Shown here in pieces: positions 34,997 through 49,084 of a stretch of DNA of 64,000 nt. This stretch comes from Eledone cirrhosa. Taxonomy: Eukaryota. The position numbers and the translations under genes were made by a program. The notes beneath the pieces are model-generated. The model was not told where the DNA came from. It saw only the letters and a list, made by a program, of their open reading frames with translations, and ran no database searches. Every line of letters starts with the position of its first letter. The stretch's first letter is position 1. The stretch is taken from contig OZ024743.1 of assembly GCA_964016885.1 (NCBI GenBank), positions 336,474,001-336,538,000 on the forward strand. The letters run 5' to 3'.

Positions 34997-37363
34997 ACTC
35001 CCGGGTTAAATATACGTAGTAGTATATTAAGCGTAACAATTACATCATAATCCAAGAAAATGCATGCTGGATTTACTACAATAAACAACCACTCCATGCA
35101 GAAAATATTTTAGTGTGGGGAGGTTGGAGGTGTTGTGGATTTGTTTAGTGAGGTGTGATATGTTGTTAAATATTGTAGTGTATCGGGGTGTGGTGTAGTG
35201 TATGGTGTAATATTTGTGATATAGTGTAGTGTAGTGTGCGGTGATGAAGGATGGTGTGGAGTGGTGTGGTGTATAGAGGTGTGGAGTGGTGTGGTGTATA
35301 GGGGTGTGGTGTGATATTTGTAGTTTATTGCGGTGTAGTGATGTATTGAGTGGTGAACTGTGATGTGTCTTATCGAGTTATTTAGTGGTGTACTATGGTA
35401 TGACATATGCGATGTCGTGTACTGTAGTGTAAGATAGTTTTATTTCGTTAGGGCCTGGAAAGAGATGATGTGCTGTTGTATACTTGGATACTGTATAGTG
35501 GGGTGTGGTTTGGTGTACTATGCCATGGTGCTTGGCATATTGGTTTAGTGTAGTGTAATGTAGTACAGTATCCTGTGGTGTAGTTAATAGGGTCGTGGGA
35601 CGTTTTGCGGTGTACTTGATTTGATTTGTTGTGGAGTGTATAGGCGTACTATAGTGTGTGTGTGTGTGGGGGGGGGACCCTGGTGTGGTTGAATCGAATG
35701 TGTGCAATTTGGTGGGATGTAGTGTAGTATAGCTAGGTGTTGAGTAGTATGAATAGGTGTCCAGTAGATTAGTGGGGTGGAGTGTAATGTAGTGTTATGA
35801 TGTGATGTGCTGTAATGTGATGATTAAAATAAGTTGTCGGACATTGTTGTGCAGTGGGGCAGTTTCAGCTGCTATACTCACTGGATTAAGGTGTGGAATA
35901 GTATAGTCTGCTGTGTTGAGTTTTTGAGTATTATGGAGTGGTGTGAGAAGTATGTGGTTGTGTTGTGTGGTAGTATAGTGTGGTATGTGGTGATGTGGCG
36001 GTGTGGGGTGTGGTGAGATTTAGTGTGTAGTAATGTAGTGCAGCGTGGTGAAGGGTGGTGTATTTTAGTGTGATGTGGTGTGTTGTAGTGTAGGGTGGTG
36101 TAAGGGAATAAGGCATGGTTTGCTGAGGTGTGGTGAGGTGTAGTATTATGTAGTGTTTGTAATTTTGTGAGGATTGGGTAGGGCGGTGGTGTGTGTTTTT
36201 AGTGTTGTAGTGTGGTGTACTGTAGTTTGGTGTGGTGTTGTGTGGTGTAACGCGGTCTAATTTTTCCCGATATTGAAGTGCGTAGTTTGAGGTTGGATAT
36301 GGTGTACTGGTCTTGGGGTAGTGAAGTTGGATGGGGTATACTGTGGTATAATGCTTTTGGGAGTGGTAGGGTATAATGGTGTGTGGTGTGTTTTCTTGTG
36401 GTGTGGCGTTGTATATAGTGGTTGAATCGGTGGAGTGGTATGGCGTGGTGTGGTGTCGCGTTGTTTGGTTGTCCGAGGGGTTTGTGTGGTGTGATGTGGT
36501 GGAGTATTGCGGTGTCTATGGGTGTAGGGGTGATATCCTGTAGTTTAGTGTACGGGTGTATTGTAATGTAGTTTGGCGGGGTGTGGTGTGGTTAGATCTA
36601 CTGGGGTATAGTGGGGTATGGGGTGGAGTAATGTGGTGGGATGTGGGTTAGTGCGGTGTTTGGTGGGGTAGGGTCTGGGGGTGCGATGGGGTGAGGTTAC
36701 TGAACTTATAATTTTCTCTTTATATTCCTTTCTCTTTAATTTGGTCTTAGTCTGAATTAATTACCTATTAGATGAATACTCATTCACCTCATGAGTGCAA
36801 CGTCATTTCTTTAACAACTAAAACGTCATCAATTAATGTACACAGAGACCACATGAGTTCAACGTTATTTTGTAACAATTAAGACGTCATCAATTGATGC
36901 TCACAGAGTTTAGTGGCGCGAAATAAAGTAAAATGTTCTAAGCTAGTATTAATTTAATTTAATTTTAGTGGTATTTAGACTGTATTTGTATTTTTATCTT
37001 TATTTTTGTATCTATTCCATTTCATCTCTGATTAGATATATGAATTTGACCATATTTAGCAAAAATGCTAAGGTATTTAGCGTATTTAACAACTTGTACA
37101 CGAGTGTTGATTTCCTTTTGTTTTGTTTAGACTGGTTGGCTGTGCTGATCGTATTTGCTGCGACCTGAAGTTCTATTCACAAGTTGGTGACAGAATGGTG
37201 TGTGCAGAATTGGCTTGAACTGATTCTTGAACAATTTTTTTATGTTGACCTGTGATTTTCTGCATGGAGTGGTTGTTTATTGTAGTAAATCCAGCATGCA
37301 TTTTCTTGGATTATGATGTAATTGTTACGCTTAATATACTACTACGTATATTTAACCCGGGAG
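34997..37363. repeat. Composite repeat with 110-bp inverted termini and a 1.6-kb G/T-rich low-complexity tract (35110-36700)
   Basis: 34997-35107 is the reverse complement of about 37254-37363; degenerate GTGTG/GTGTA pentamers. Confidence 0.6.
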
Positions 37364-37449
37364 CATATATATATATGCATATATATATATATATATATGT
37401 GTGTATATATATATATATATATGTATGTATATATATATATATATATAAT

Positions 37450-38795
37450 ATATTAGATATGTAAACAATTAGTCCTGCTTGTATTGCTAATTATGCATGA
37501 ATAATAACTTTGCCAATTACTTTATAACAACTTTTATAACAACTAATATATTGAGACTGCTTAAATTCTATCGCACACTAACCTAAACCTGCTTATGCAT
37601 GGCTTCTTTTTATGCCTTGAATGTATTTACTTGTTTCACTCAGCAATACCATATATTAACCATATGTACTTGAGTGAGACCCATGCCTTTGTGATACCTT
37701 TCCATATACTTGTGAACAATTGGCTACCTAGTTCGGGTACCTACTGATATACCTTGTGTATGTATAGTATGATGGTCATTCGAATTACTGTGGTCTTTTG
37801 TGATGTACTAAAAGATCTCTTCACGCCTGTATAAAAACAACTGACATCTGTCTCGCTTGTGTTGCTAGGAACTACGCTTGTAATAACTTGCTTTCTCTAA
37901 GGGCTCATAACTTATAACTTTTTCTCAATTATTAAATATTTTTAATTCTTTTTAATTTAATTTTATCTTATTATTATATTATTTTATTATTTTATTACCA
38001 TTTATTATTATTTTATTGGCAGTATCGGTAGAGGGTCGGACGCCATGCTTTCCAGCATAGTTACGTCCCTTTACGATCTGAGTTCAAATCCCGCTGAGGT
38101 TGACTTTGCCTTTCATCCTTACGGGGTCGATAAAATAAAGTACCAGTAATGCACTGGGTAATTGCTGGCCTTGTGCCTAAAGTAGAAACAATTATTATTT
38201 TATTATACTTTTTATATTACTTTATTGTATTTTAATTTATTTTAGTATATTTTTTATTTAATTATTTTACTTTATTTTATTTTATTTTATTTTGTTTTAT
38301 TTTTCTTCATTTCATTTTATTATATTATCTCTATTAGTATTTTTTATCTTTATTTTTATATTTTTTATTACTTTAATATAATTTATATTATGTTTTAACA
38401 TTTGCCTGTATTTCTTTATGTATTTTTATGTATTTTTTATGTATTTCTTATGTATTTTATGCATTTTTATGTATTTATTATGTACATTTTAATGCTTTCA
38501 CACTTTTTGATTTTACATTCTACATTTTTGAGTGCCACCTACTGTGTCTTCATTTTGTTAAATCCAATTGTACCTTGGTATTTTGCAGTGATGCTTAGTA
38601 ACCCCAGCATGAACCTCTTTGTTAGCTATCTCCAATCCCCCTATTATTTTTTCTGATTGTTCGTGTGACTAAATTATTGTGGAGCGTATACTCAACACGG
38701 TATTCGTTGAGCTCTGGTGATTCCTGCCTAAAGGTGAGGATTAAACATTGTTAGTGAATAAAGAGTGTTTGAGTATGTAACCGTTCTTTGATTTC
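37450..38795 (+). mobile_element. Inverted partner of 32658-33832, interrupted by a SINE at 38017-38195
   Basis: Reverse-complement similarity; degenerate HHR at 38711-38755. Confidence 0.7.
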
Positions 38796-39084
38796 TTTTG
38801 CATATAACGGCTCTGTCTCTGTGCATTGAGCTAACACAATACTGCAATTATACTACGGTGAGTAGGTGTTTATTCACATATGCTGCGAACTTTACGTAAA
38901 TAAATAAATATATGAAAATTTGCTCCGAAAGAATTGCATGTGTCCGAAGGAACCTGCAGCCGTAGAATCAGCCAGATCCATACAATGATCATGTCTCGAG
39001 CTACCTGCCGGCGAAACAATTGTAACACGCAGTAAACTCAATCCAGATGCATCACTGATTTTTCGTTTTTTATACTATATATAT

Positions 39085-41520
39085 ATAGTATAAAAGAGAA
39101 AACACAGGTAAGCATTAAGAGAAGGATTTTATCCAGGTATTTACGACCGTTTCATTGGTAAGTGCAACCTTATATTGCTATACTGCAAATAGCAGCCACT
39201 CAATTATAATTGTTGTTCACGTCCAAATTTTCAAAATAGTGAGTAAGTAACTCTTGAAAGAGTTCTTAATATATAGAGAAACTCATTTTTTTTGGAATTG
39301 TATTTACTAGTATAGAGAGAGAGGAAGAGGAATTAGAAAGTGATGGGACAAACAGAATAGTATATATAGAGAGAGGAAGGGGGAGAAGTGTTAGGAAGTA
39401 GAGAGACAAACTGAGATGGAGGGAGGGGTAGAGGTGGAAGGATTCCTTGAGCAGTTTTGATACGTAGACTTCATGTCGTCGGTTGTAGTGAGTTAAAGAG
39501 AATTAAATTGATCATAGTGGGAGGGATGGATATAGAGAGAGAGAGGGGAGAGAGATATAAAGAGATAAATATATATATAAAAAATAAAGATAAAAATAAT
39601 AATGATAAAAATAAAAGTAAAGGAGGGGGAGAAAGAAGAAAAGAAAAGATAGCCAAAAAGGGGAGGGAAGAAAGGAAGAAAACGAAGAAATAGAAGAGGA
39701 ATGAAGGTGAAGGGAGGGATATAGGTATTGGTTTTCGTGGGTAATTAAAGGGGTTAGATACAATAAGAGGGTATAATCTCTAAGTATATGCAGTTTGTCA
39801 GTTGGTAGTAAGAGGTTAAGGGTTCGCTTTGCACTTGTAGTGCGAACACTTTTCTTTGAGTCTATGGTTATAATAAATTGATCTTTCGATTTTATTGTTG
39901 AGTAACTTATTCTTCGAACTCAAAATGTGGAACAGCTCAAGGTCACATAATCGACAGCTTCTCATACCACTCCGATATGGGGGCGCGTTCGATAATTTTT
40001 TCCACTTCAGGGTGTATTGATGGTTACTTTCCCTCAGTTGCCAGGTCTTGCTAGCAAGGGTAGTTACATAACGATGCTGGGAATGTTTCATTGCGTAACG
40101 GTGTGTATACCAACGGGCTTTAAATGTATTCCCAGTCGCTCCGATGTAATTCTGGTTGTCTGATTCCACTGTGCATTGGTAAACCAGGTTAGACTGCATA
40201 CATTCATTATGTAATGGACAGGTTTCAGGTAGGTGGCAGTCATGGGCAACTTTGGCATTATTGGTGGGCTGCGATGCCTGTACAAGTGTGTTACGTTTTG
40301 TTTGCCTATTAGTGGGTGGTTGTGTATTAGATATTCTGTTGTGTTCAATGGTGATTGTATTGTTATTGTTATAAATTTGTGTTCTGGTGTTGTTATGTAT
40401 CTTTTTAGCGTTAAGCATCTTAATGTGTGCCTCTATATTTGGTGCCGTGGAGTAAGATAGTCTAATAGATTTAGTGTTAAGGATTTTGCTGTATCTATAT
40501 GAATCTGGAAAGTGCCTATTTATTATTCTAAAGAAGGTAGAGAGTAGGTTAGTACTAATAGAGGTTAAATATGGGGTTATACCAAATATATTTTCTACTG
40601 CGTGACTTGTTTGATTTCGATGTTGTATTTCTATTTACCGTATAATTTGTAGTTCTATGCTTAAATGCGCGTGTGCGTGTGTTTCTGGAGTTTGTGTTAT
40701 GCGTGTTCGTGTGCGCTTCACAGAGGCTTTCATCTATATATTCTACTCTATCTAAGTGGCCTGTCTTGTCTAATGCGGTATTGTAGTATTCTGCATGTTC
40801 CTCGAAGATTTGTCGGTTAGCCGAGAGGCGGGAGATCCTAAGGGATATGCTGCGTGGAATGGATTTAATTATGGATAATGGGTGGTTCGAGTTACAGTTG
40901 ATGTATGCTAAGTTTTCATTAATCTTGTGAAAAGGTCTTATAAGTCCCGTATTTAGGTTAAGCATCGCGTCTAGAAAGTTAACTGTTTTAGTGCTATACT
41001 CATACGTTATGCTAAGGCCTAGTTTCCCGAGAGTCTTTCTAATAGAAAGATTCTGTAAGAATATTAGAAAGACTCTCTACTTCCTAACACTTCTCCCCCT
41101 TCCTTTCTCTTTATACTATTCCGATTGTCCCATCACTTTCTAATTCCTCTTCCTCTCTCTCTCTATACTAGTAAATACAATTCCAAATGAATGTTTTTCT
41201 CTATATATTAAGAACAATTTCAAGAGTAACTTACTCACTATTTTGAAAATTTGGACGTGAACAAAAATTATAATTGAGTGGCTGCTATTTGCAGTATAGC
41301 AATATAAGGTTGCACTTACCAATGAAACGGTCGTAAATACCTGGATAAAATCCTTCTCTTAATGCTTACCTGTGTTTTCTCTTTTATACTTTATACTCCA
41401 AGATTGAACGGAATTCTAACAAACTTGTGGAGTTAACCCTAACGGTACTTTGAAACCATCATGAAACTGGCTTTCTTAACCACGAACTGGATCACAATAA
41501 GCAATTTTCTGCTTCCCTAA
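39085..41520 (-). mobile_element. 5'-truncated YRDD-type PLE (RT thumb + GIY-YIG, 39816-41040) with inverted pLTR at 41070-41520
   Basis: IWYNPIF, CHLPETCPL, LVYQCTV..YIGATGNTFKARWYTH, CRLC; degenerate HHR (GAAAC ggtc GTA). Confidence 0.9.
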
Positions 41521-41547
41521 CTATATATATATATATATATGTATATA

Positions 41548-41581
<34 letters not shown>

Positions 41582-41589
41582 AATATATA

Positions 41590-42707
41590 TATATATACAT
41601 ATATATATATTTCGTTTCTGAATTTGTTTAGCAAGATTCTTTATCTGAAAACGTGTGTTGAAACCGATATTGTTATACTTTGGAAGGGTCATGTTGCCAA
41701 TAAGAAACACACGCACCAGTTGCTTTCACTTCAATTTATTATAATAAATTTATAAATTTGGGAATTTATAAAGTTTCGGTTGGTTGGTTGGTTCCACAAC
41801 CAGATGGTTGTTTATATATTGTCAAAGTTCTTTCGTCACACATTCTGTGACCTCTTCAGTGACTGGGGATTCTTTTCTTTGTTTTTGTGCCTCTCCTTTG
41901 TTCTGTCCTACGCCATCTTGTTTCTGTGTGTGTGTTGTGTGATCAGTCTGCGCATGCGCCACATCCGGGTGTCTGTGAGTGTTTATATTCGTTTATTTAT
42001 TTGTTTATTTACATGTTACTGGTTGGTTGTTTGTTCTATGTGCGTGTGTGTTTTCATTTTGTCCTTAATTGTAAGTTGTGATGTTGCTGTTCCACTCATG
42101 TTTTCTATTTAATTTTGGTTGTAATTCTTTTATGTTTATTGCCTCTGTGATTTGTCTAAACATAGTGTCTTTTCTGTGTGTAGATTCTATTTTTATTTCT
42201 CTGTTCCTAATTTACCCTTATGTTCTATTTTATCATGTTGGTAGAGTACAGATGATTCTTTACTATCTTGAAGGTCTCGCCAATGTTCATTTATCCGTTC
42301 CACTACACTACGAGCTGTCTCACCTATGTACAATATATTTTTATCTCTACATTGTCCTTCAGTACATCTTATGCTATATACTACATTTCTAGTTTTACAG
42401 TTAATATGGGGGCTTAATTTACAGATTATACATTTCTTATCTATACAGGGAGGTCTTTGAAAAGGGTATGTCTTGCTAATAAGTGTTTTTATGGAGGTAC
42501 CTGGTCTTTCTACTATCTTAATATTGAGTTTATGTTTATCTAGGGCCCTTCTAAATGTGTAAGCTAATTCACCTCTAGGGGTTGTATCGATGAACATTAC
42601 ACTCTGGTATTTATTGCTATCATACCATGAGTTTATTCTATTAGCCTTATTCCTAGTTCTTTCTATTCTATTCCAAAATTTGCTCCTATACAAGGGGCAG
42701 GTCCCAT
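41590..42707 (-). mobile_element. 5'-truncated PLE family B1; HHR at 41821-41863
   Basis: MFIDTTPRGELA..VVYSIRC..YIGETARSVVERINEH. Confidence 0.9.
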
Positions 42708-42827
42708 CGTTGTTGACATGTTTGGGGAGGTGGTTTAAGAGGTCCAGATCGTCTCTTACAAGGCCTGGTATGTGTTTGAGAATTGGTTTTAGTAGTATGT
42801 CTATAAAGTTGCTCAGTCTGTGTGTTT

Positions 42828-42913
<86 letters not shown>

Positions 42914-42914
42914 C

Positions 42915-42955
<41 letters not shown>

Positions 42956-42960
<5 letters not shown>

Positions 42961-44674
42961 CACACAGACTGAGCAGCTTTATAGACATACTACTAAAACC
43001 AATTCTCAAACACATACCAAGCCTTGTAAGGGACGATCTGGACCTCTTAAACCACCTCCCCAAACATGTCAACAGCGACACTATTATTGTGTCTTTCGAT
43101 GTAGTAAATCTCTACACGACGATCCCTCACCAATACAGACTAGAAGCAATAGGATTCTGGCTAGAGAAATATCCCAATGAGATACCTGGCAGAATAGAAA
43201 AAAGCTTCATCACCGAGTGATTAATATTTATCTTACAGAACAACTTTTTTGATTTCGATGGCAGTACTTACAAGCAAATATCGGGGACTGCGATGGCTAC
43301 AAAAGCCGCTCCAACTTATGCCAACTTAGTCATGGCATACTTAGAAGTTCAGATATATGAACAGTCCAAATCAAAATACGGATTGAACTTCCACAAATAT
43401 TTATCAGAGAATTGGAAACGCTACTTGGATGATTGTCTCATTCTTTGGTCCCACACACTCGACCAACTGAAGGATTTCAAAAACTTAATAAACGGCATCA
43501 ATAACCACATCCAATTCACAATGGAATACAGCCAAGATCAACTGCCATTTCTGGACATGTTAATCTTAAAAAAAGACACAAATATTGAAACTGACATACA
43601 CTACAAACCAACAGATTCCAAACAATACCTGCTATTCACCTCCAACCATCCAAAGCACATGAAGACGAACATTCCTTTTAACCTAGCAAGAAGAATTTGC
43701 ACAATTGTCTCCAATTATGAAACGCGAAATAAAAACTTCAAGAATTAAAGGAAATTCTACTCGAAAGAGAGTACCCACTATTACTAATAAATGATGGAAT
43801 AGAAAGGGCTAAAGCAATAGGCATTGATGAATTACGAAAACAGAAACAAATTCAAGGTACGTCCAATATTCTATCATATATCTCAAACACAACCCAAGAA
43901 ATGCGGAAGCTTACAACACTATTCACAAGAACATCCCACTACTAAAACAAAACCTAAGAATGAAAAAAGCCCTTGAAACACACAAAATAAGCAAAAGCAA
44001 AAGACAACCGAAATCACTGAAAACATTACTCACCAATGCCAAATTACCTAGCAGAAACCCACAACCAAGTGTCAAAAAATGTGGTCACTCTAATTGTGGA
44101 ACCTGCACTCACCTCATTGAAGGCAACACGTATACATTTAAATCAGGACAAAATTTTACTGTAAAAAATCATTTCACTTGCTCATCAAAAAATCTAATTT
44201 ATGCCATTAAATGTAAAGGATGCAATGAAGATTATATAGGACAAACTAAACTCACACTCAGAAACAGAATGACAGTTCTCTCGCCAACAATTACGAGATC
44301 CAACCACGAGACAGATACCACTAAGCACACATCTAGACATATGCGCAAGTAATAAGAAACCCAAATTCCAAGTATTCCCATTTTACCTTTGCGCTAACAA
44401 TACAACAGAACAAATACGAATAAATAAGGAAAATATGTTTATTCAAAAATATAGACCAGCATTAAATATGGTTTAATATACATTATGTCAACACCATAAC
44501 ATGCTAACCATCCAAACAGACACATACACATATAACACCTTCTACTTTAGAAAATAAAAACCCGAACTAAATAAACCTTAACATACGTTTGCACTGACAA
44601 TACAACAGAACAAATACGAATAAGTAAGGAAAATATGTTCATTCAAAAATATTCCTACTAAAGAAATCATTTTC

Positions 44675-44715
<41 letters not shown>

Positions 44716-44859
44716 ATATATATATATATATATATATTCTCTTCATCTTAACATGCTAAACATACTCCCACATACATAACACCCATACACACACATAACA
44801 ACTCCCACACCTACACACACAACTCCCTCCCCCATTTCTACTAATAGAATCATCTTCCA

Positions 44860-44893
<34 letters not shown>

Positions 44894-45478
44894 GCACACA
44901 AATAAACATACAAATCTTTACTTTCTTTATTCAATAGAAAATCTGAATTCTGACACCCCAGCGAACTAACCATATTCACTGAACCAGAACAATTCTGCCA
45001 TCCAATTTCTCTTTTACTTGTCATAAAATTCTCTAAAAAGGCTACAGAATGGATTTCCAAATAAGGGCGCGAAAATTTAATGAAAACTTGTTCACTTTAC
45101 AGCCATAATTTCATTTATAACCAATCAAATTACGTTTATTAAAAAAAAGCCTTCGTGAGCCTCCTTTTTATTTTTATTTTATTTTTTTTTTTTTAAGTAA
45201 AAAGAAATTCAAACACTCATATATGAAAAAACAACCTGTGACCCCCCCCCCTTGTTTGAAGAACTTTGTAACGCGAACTGGCGCGAAATTTATTATAATT
45301 ATTGACCAACCAATCAAATTACTTCTCGAAAAACCTGGCATTTCGAGCCACTTTTTCCATATAAAACAAGTAACATTCAGAGACCAACCAGATGTAAGAA
45401 AAACCACAGACCCTCCATCTCAACTCTACTTTTGAAAAGCAGAAGAACTGCGAAACCGGTAAAGGAACCAAATAAATA
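42956..45478 (+). mobile_element. 5'-truncated PLE family D (Neptune-like), RT + GIY-YIG pseudo-ORF 42956-44475; degenerate HHR at 45429-45463
   Basis: SFDVVNLYTTIPH, GTAMATKAAPTYAN, WKRYLDD, CGHSNCGTC, IYAIKC..YIGQT; gcag-aagaa-ctgc GAAAC cg GTA. Confidence 0.9.
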
Positions 45479-45484
45479 TATATA

Positions 45485-46439
45485 TCTATATATATAAAAC
45501 TGTGGTTGTCTGTCTGTCTATCGATTTTTGGCACACATCTCCTCTTAGAATCTCTCACGGAATTGCACCGAAATTGCTATACTTGTACATTGAGCCCTGG
45601 CGAAGACATCGAAAAAAAAAAATTTCAAATTGACCCACCCTATGTGACGAAATCGAATATAATGTATCGATTTTTGAGCGTAAGTTATCAGTTATTTCCC
45701 TTTGTTCTGTTTACATTGAGCGTCTTACGTAAAAAATTACGCTGGCTTTCTCAGCGTTTAAAATGACATTAACACAATACACGAACAGACAGTTGTCGAG
45801 CCAGCAAAATATTGACCTGCAAAATTCATCAGTTCGAACACTAAGCTTCCGTTTTGCTTCATTTCCATTTAAAAGCATTTTAAAACAATATTTTTACTTG
45901 AAAACAAGTCTATTTAAAGACTACGTAAAACAAGCAAATATTTCGTCGTTAGGCGTGCAGACAGACAGTCGTGCAGACAGACAGTCGTGCAGAGAGGTGA
46001 TATACGCGTGCAGAGAGATAGTCGTGCAGAGAGCTGATATAGGCGTGCAGACAGATAGTCGTGCAGAGAGGTGATATAGGCGTGCAGACAGACAGTCGTG
46101 CAGAGAGGTGATATAGGCGTGCAGACAGACATAATAACTGATAATTTGGTTACGCTAATGTTTTTCTCTGCGTTGCAGTGTTTACATTTTCGATCTTTGT
46201 TAATAAATAACCAGTGCAGTTTCTATCCCCAGCATCCTCTTTTGTTATAACATTCGGGTTATCGTTATGTTTTCTTAACTTCATAAGGCATATTGTTGGT
46301 TGAGGGAATATTAATCAAAAACACCACATGCAAGTCTGCACAGTAGACACTACAGTTTTTAAGCCAAGAAAGAAACTTAACATTGTAACTTTAACACAGC
46401 TACTGAGCGACCCCGAGCAACGCCGGGCTTTACTGCTAG
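45485..46439 (+). mobile_element. Non-autonomous Helitron-like element
   Basis: 5' TC; 3' hairpin cccgagcaacgccggg then CTAG; inserted between A and T. Confidence 0.75.
45950..46131. repeat. About 37-bp minisatellite inside the Helitron-like element
   Basis: Unit gatataggcgtgcagacagacagtcgtgcagagaggt, about 5 copies. Confidence 0.9.
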
Positions 46440-46572
46440 TATTTTTTAAAATAAGACTCCAGTTGCATATTCGATTTCATCTTTTTTCCTTTATACTTTC
46501 ACTCGTGTAGGACACCTCGGTTATTTTTCATTTTGTAAAAAAAACCTCATTTTTAATATATATATATATATA

Positions 46573-47680
46573 TTTCGTTTCTGGATTTGTTTAGCAAGAT
46601 TCTTTATCTGAAAACGTGTGTTGAAACCGGTATTGTTATACTTTGGAAGGGTCATGTTGCCAATAAGAAACACACGCACCAGTTGCTTTCACTTCAATTT
46701 TTTATAATAAATTTATAAATTTAGGAATTTATAAATTTCTGGTTGGTTGGTTCCACAACCAGATGGTTGTTTATATATTGTCAAAGTTCTTTCGTCACAC
46801 ATTCTGTGACCTCTTCAGTGACTGGGGATTCTTTTCTTTGTTTTTTGTGCCTCTCCTTTGCTCTGTCCTACGCCATCTTGTTTTTGTGTGTGTGTTGTGT
46901 GCTTAGTTTGCGCATGTGTTACATCCGGGTGTCTGTGTGTGTTTATATTCGTTTATGTATTTGTTTATTTACATGTTACTGGTTGGTTGTTTGTTCTATG
47001 CGCGTGTGTGTTTTCATTTTGTCCTTAATTGTAAGTTGTGATGTTGTTGTTCCACTCATGTTTTCTATTTAATTTTGGTTGGAGTTCATTTATGTTTATT
47101 GCCTCTGTGATGTGTCTAAACATTGCGTCTTTTCTGTGTGTAGATTCTATTTTTATTTCTATGTTCTCTAATTTACCCTTATGTTCTATTTTAGCATGTT
47201 GGTAGAGTACAGATGATTCTTTACTATCTTGAAGGTCTCGCCAGTGTTCATTTATCCGTTCCCCTATACTACGAGCTGTCTCACCTATGTACACTATATT
47301 TTTATCTCTACATTGTCCTTCAGTACATCTTATGCTATATACTACATTTCTAGTTTTACAGTTAATATGGGGGCTTAATTTACAGATTATACATTTCTTA
47401 TCTATACAGGGAGGTCTTTGAAAAGGGTATGTCTTGCTAATAAGTGTTTTTATGGAGGTACCTGGTCTTTCTACTATCTTAATATTGAGTTTATGTTTAT
47501 CTAGGGCCCTTCTAAATGTGTAAGCTAATTCACCTCTAGGGGTTGTATCGATGAACATTACACTCTGGTATTTATTGCTATCATACCATGAGTTTATTCT
47601 ATTAGCCTTATTCCTAGTTCTTTCTATTCTATTCCAAAATTTGCTCCTTTATAACGGAGGCAGGTCCCATGTGTGTCATC
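46573..47680 (-). mobile_element. 5'-truncated PLE family B1 with intact GIY-YIG reading frame (47025-47558); HHR at 46780-46822
   Basis: VVYSIRC..YIGETARSIGERINEH..EAININELQPKLNRKHEW. Confidence 0.9.
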
Positions 47681-47719
47681 ATTTACCATTTTTTACAATT
47701 TGGTTCTGGCTCCTCTATT

Positions 47720-47890
47720 CTGGCTCCGGACCGGGTGATGTTTTGTTTCCTTGAGCAAGACACTTTATTTCACGTGGCCCCAGTTTACTCAGCTGTAGAA
47801 ATGAGTACCGGCCTGCCCGCCCAGCCAGTGGGATGGCGTTATCTTATGGCTAAAACAGCACGACATGCTGTGACCAGCAGCGGCGATTGG
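47720..47890 (+). mobile_element. SINE fragment (OR-like head/core)
   Basis: tttccttgagcaagacactttatttcacg..cagtttactcagctgtagaaatgagt. Confidence 0.6.
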
Positions 47891-48479
47891 CGCCCGACAG
47901 ATTGGTCGGTCAAGGTGATCAAGATGATATATATATATATATATATCACTTGCAATTGTTAATGACTTGCCCATGATGCAGTGCCGAGCAGACACAGGCG
48001 CTTTCTCAAACTGCCCATGTGGAATATTGAGGATGTGGCAACTGCATTTTAAAGACAACACATTCATCAGTTATTTATTTTTGACCCCAAAAGCACCTTA
48101 GATAAATTTGAACTCAAGTGTAATGTGTAGCAACGAACATCGCAACATATTATATCGGGTTCCCTAACAACCCCGCCAATCAGCTGCCTTTATGTATACT
48201 ACATGTGTGCATGTGTGTGTGTATGCGGGTGTGTTTGCGCAAATGTATGTGTATGTTCGTGCATGTGATTGTATTATGTATATAGATGCTATTTTATGTG
48301 TAGGAGTGCGTGTGTCTGTTTATAAAGATGAATATATATATGTGTGTGGGGGGTGCAGGCTATATATATGTGAGTGTGTGCAGGCTATATATATATATAT
48401 ACATATATACATACATTTATATGTCAATATATATATATATATATTGACACATAAATGTATGTATTGATGTATATGTATG

Positions 48480-48534
<55 letters not shown>

Positions 48535-49084
48535 CTTTATACTTTACTTATTTTCCATATGTCTTCGCGCTACATTTCGATTTATATTTATATATTTTAC
48601 TGTATCTTCTTTTCATATTTCTTTTTTTCTACTTTTATTTTCTTGTTTATAATGCAGAGTGGTGCGTTACATAGCCGCCCAGCAAATATTTGATCTGTCT
48701 ATAACCTTCTAGTTTGATTGATGATAACAATATCAGCCCGAAGAAGACATATTCGATACCGTTAAACTTTAGCCTACATCGGTCAATGTCTTTCGACTGA
48801 ACACAGAGTGTTATACTAACTTGTCTTATGTCTAGTCAATTATGTGCGACTCTCATATTACAGCCTTGGAAATGGAAACAATCGCTCGCTCACTAAATTT
48901 AATACAACCAAAGAAGGAGAATCTCCTCTAGAAATAGCCACCAAAGCTTCCTTAAAATATAACTCTCTTAAATAAGAGAACGACATTTTGAATGATGTAG
49001 TCTTCGATATACTTTTTTGAAAGCAAACTAGAGCTAACACGGTTAGAAAGACCTTGGTTATTGTTCTGTTTGATCAGGGCTGAT

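Noticed and set aside
38940-39028. gtgt CCGAAGG ... GAAAC aatt GTA acac
   Set aside because: Probably a dead HHR with two core changes and no clear stem II; not listed as a feature
43218-43220. In-frame TGA as possible selenocysteine (as in some Naiad PLEs); also 22011 and 58316
   Set aside because: Positions fit Gly, Arg or Trp rather than Cys (the 57355 copy has AGA), the ORFs have other lesions, and no SECIS was recognised
45950-46131. 37-bp repeats resembling a CRISPR array
   Set aside because: No unique spacers; plain minisatellite inside a Helitron-like element in eukaryotic DNA
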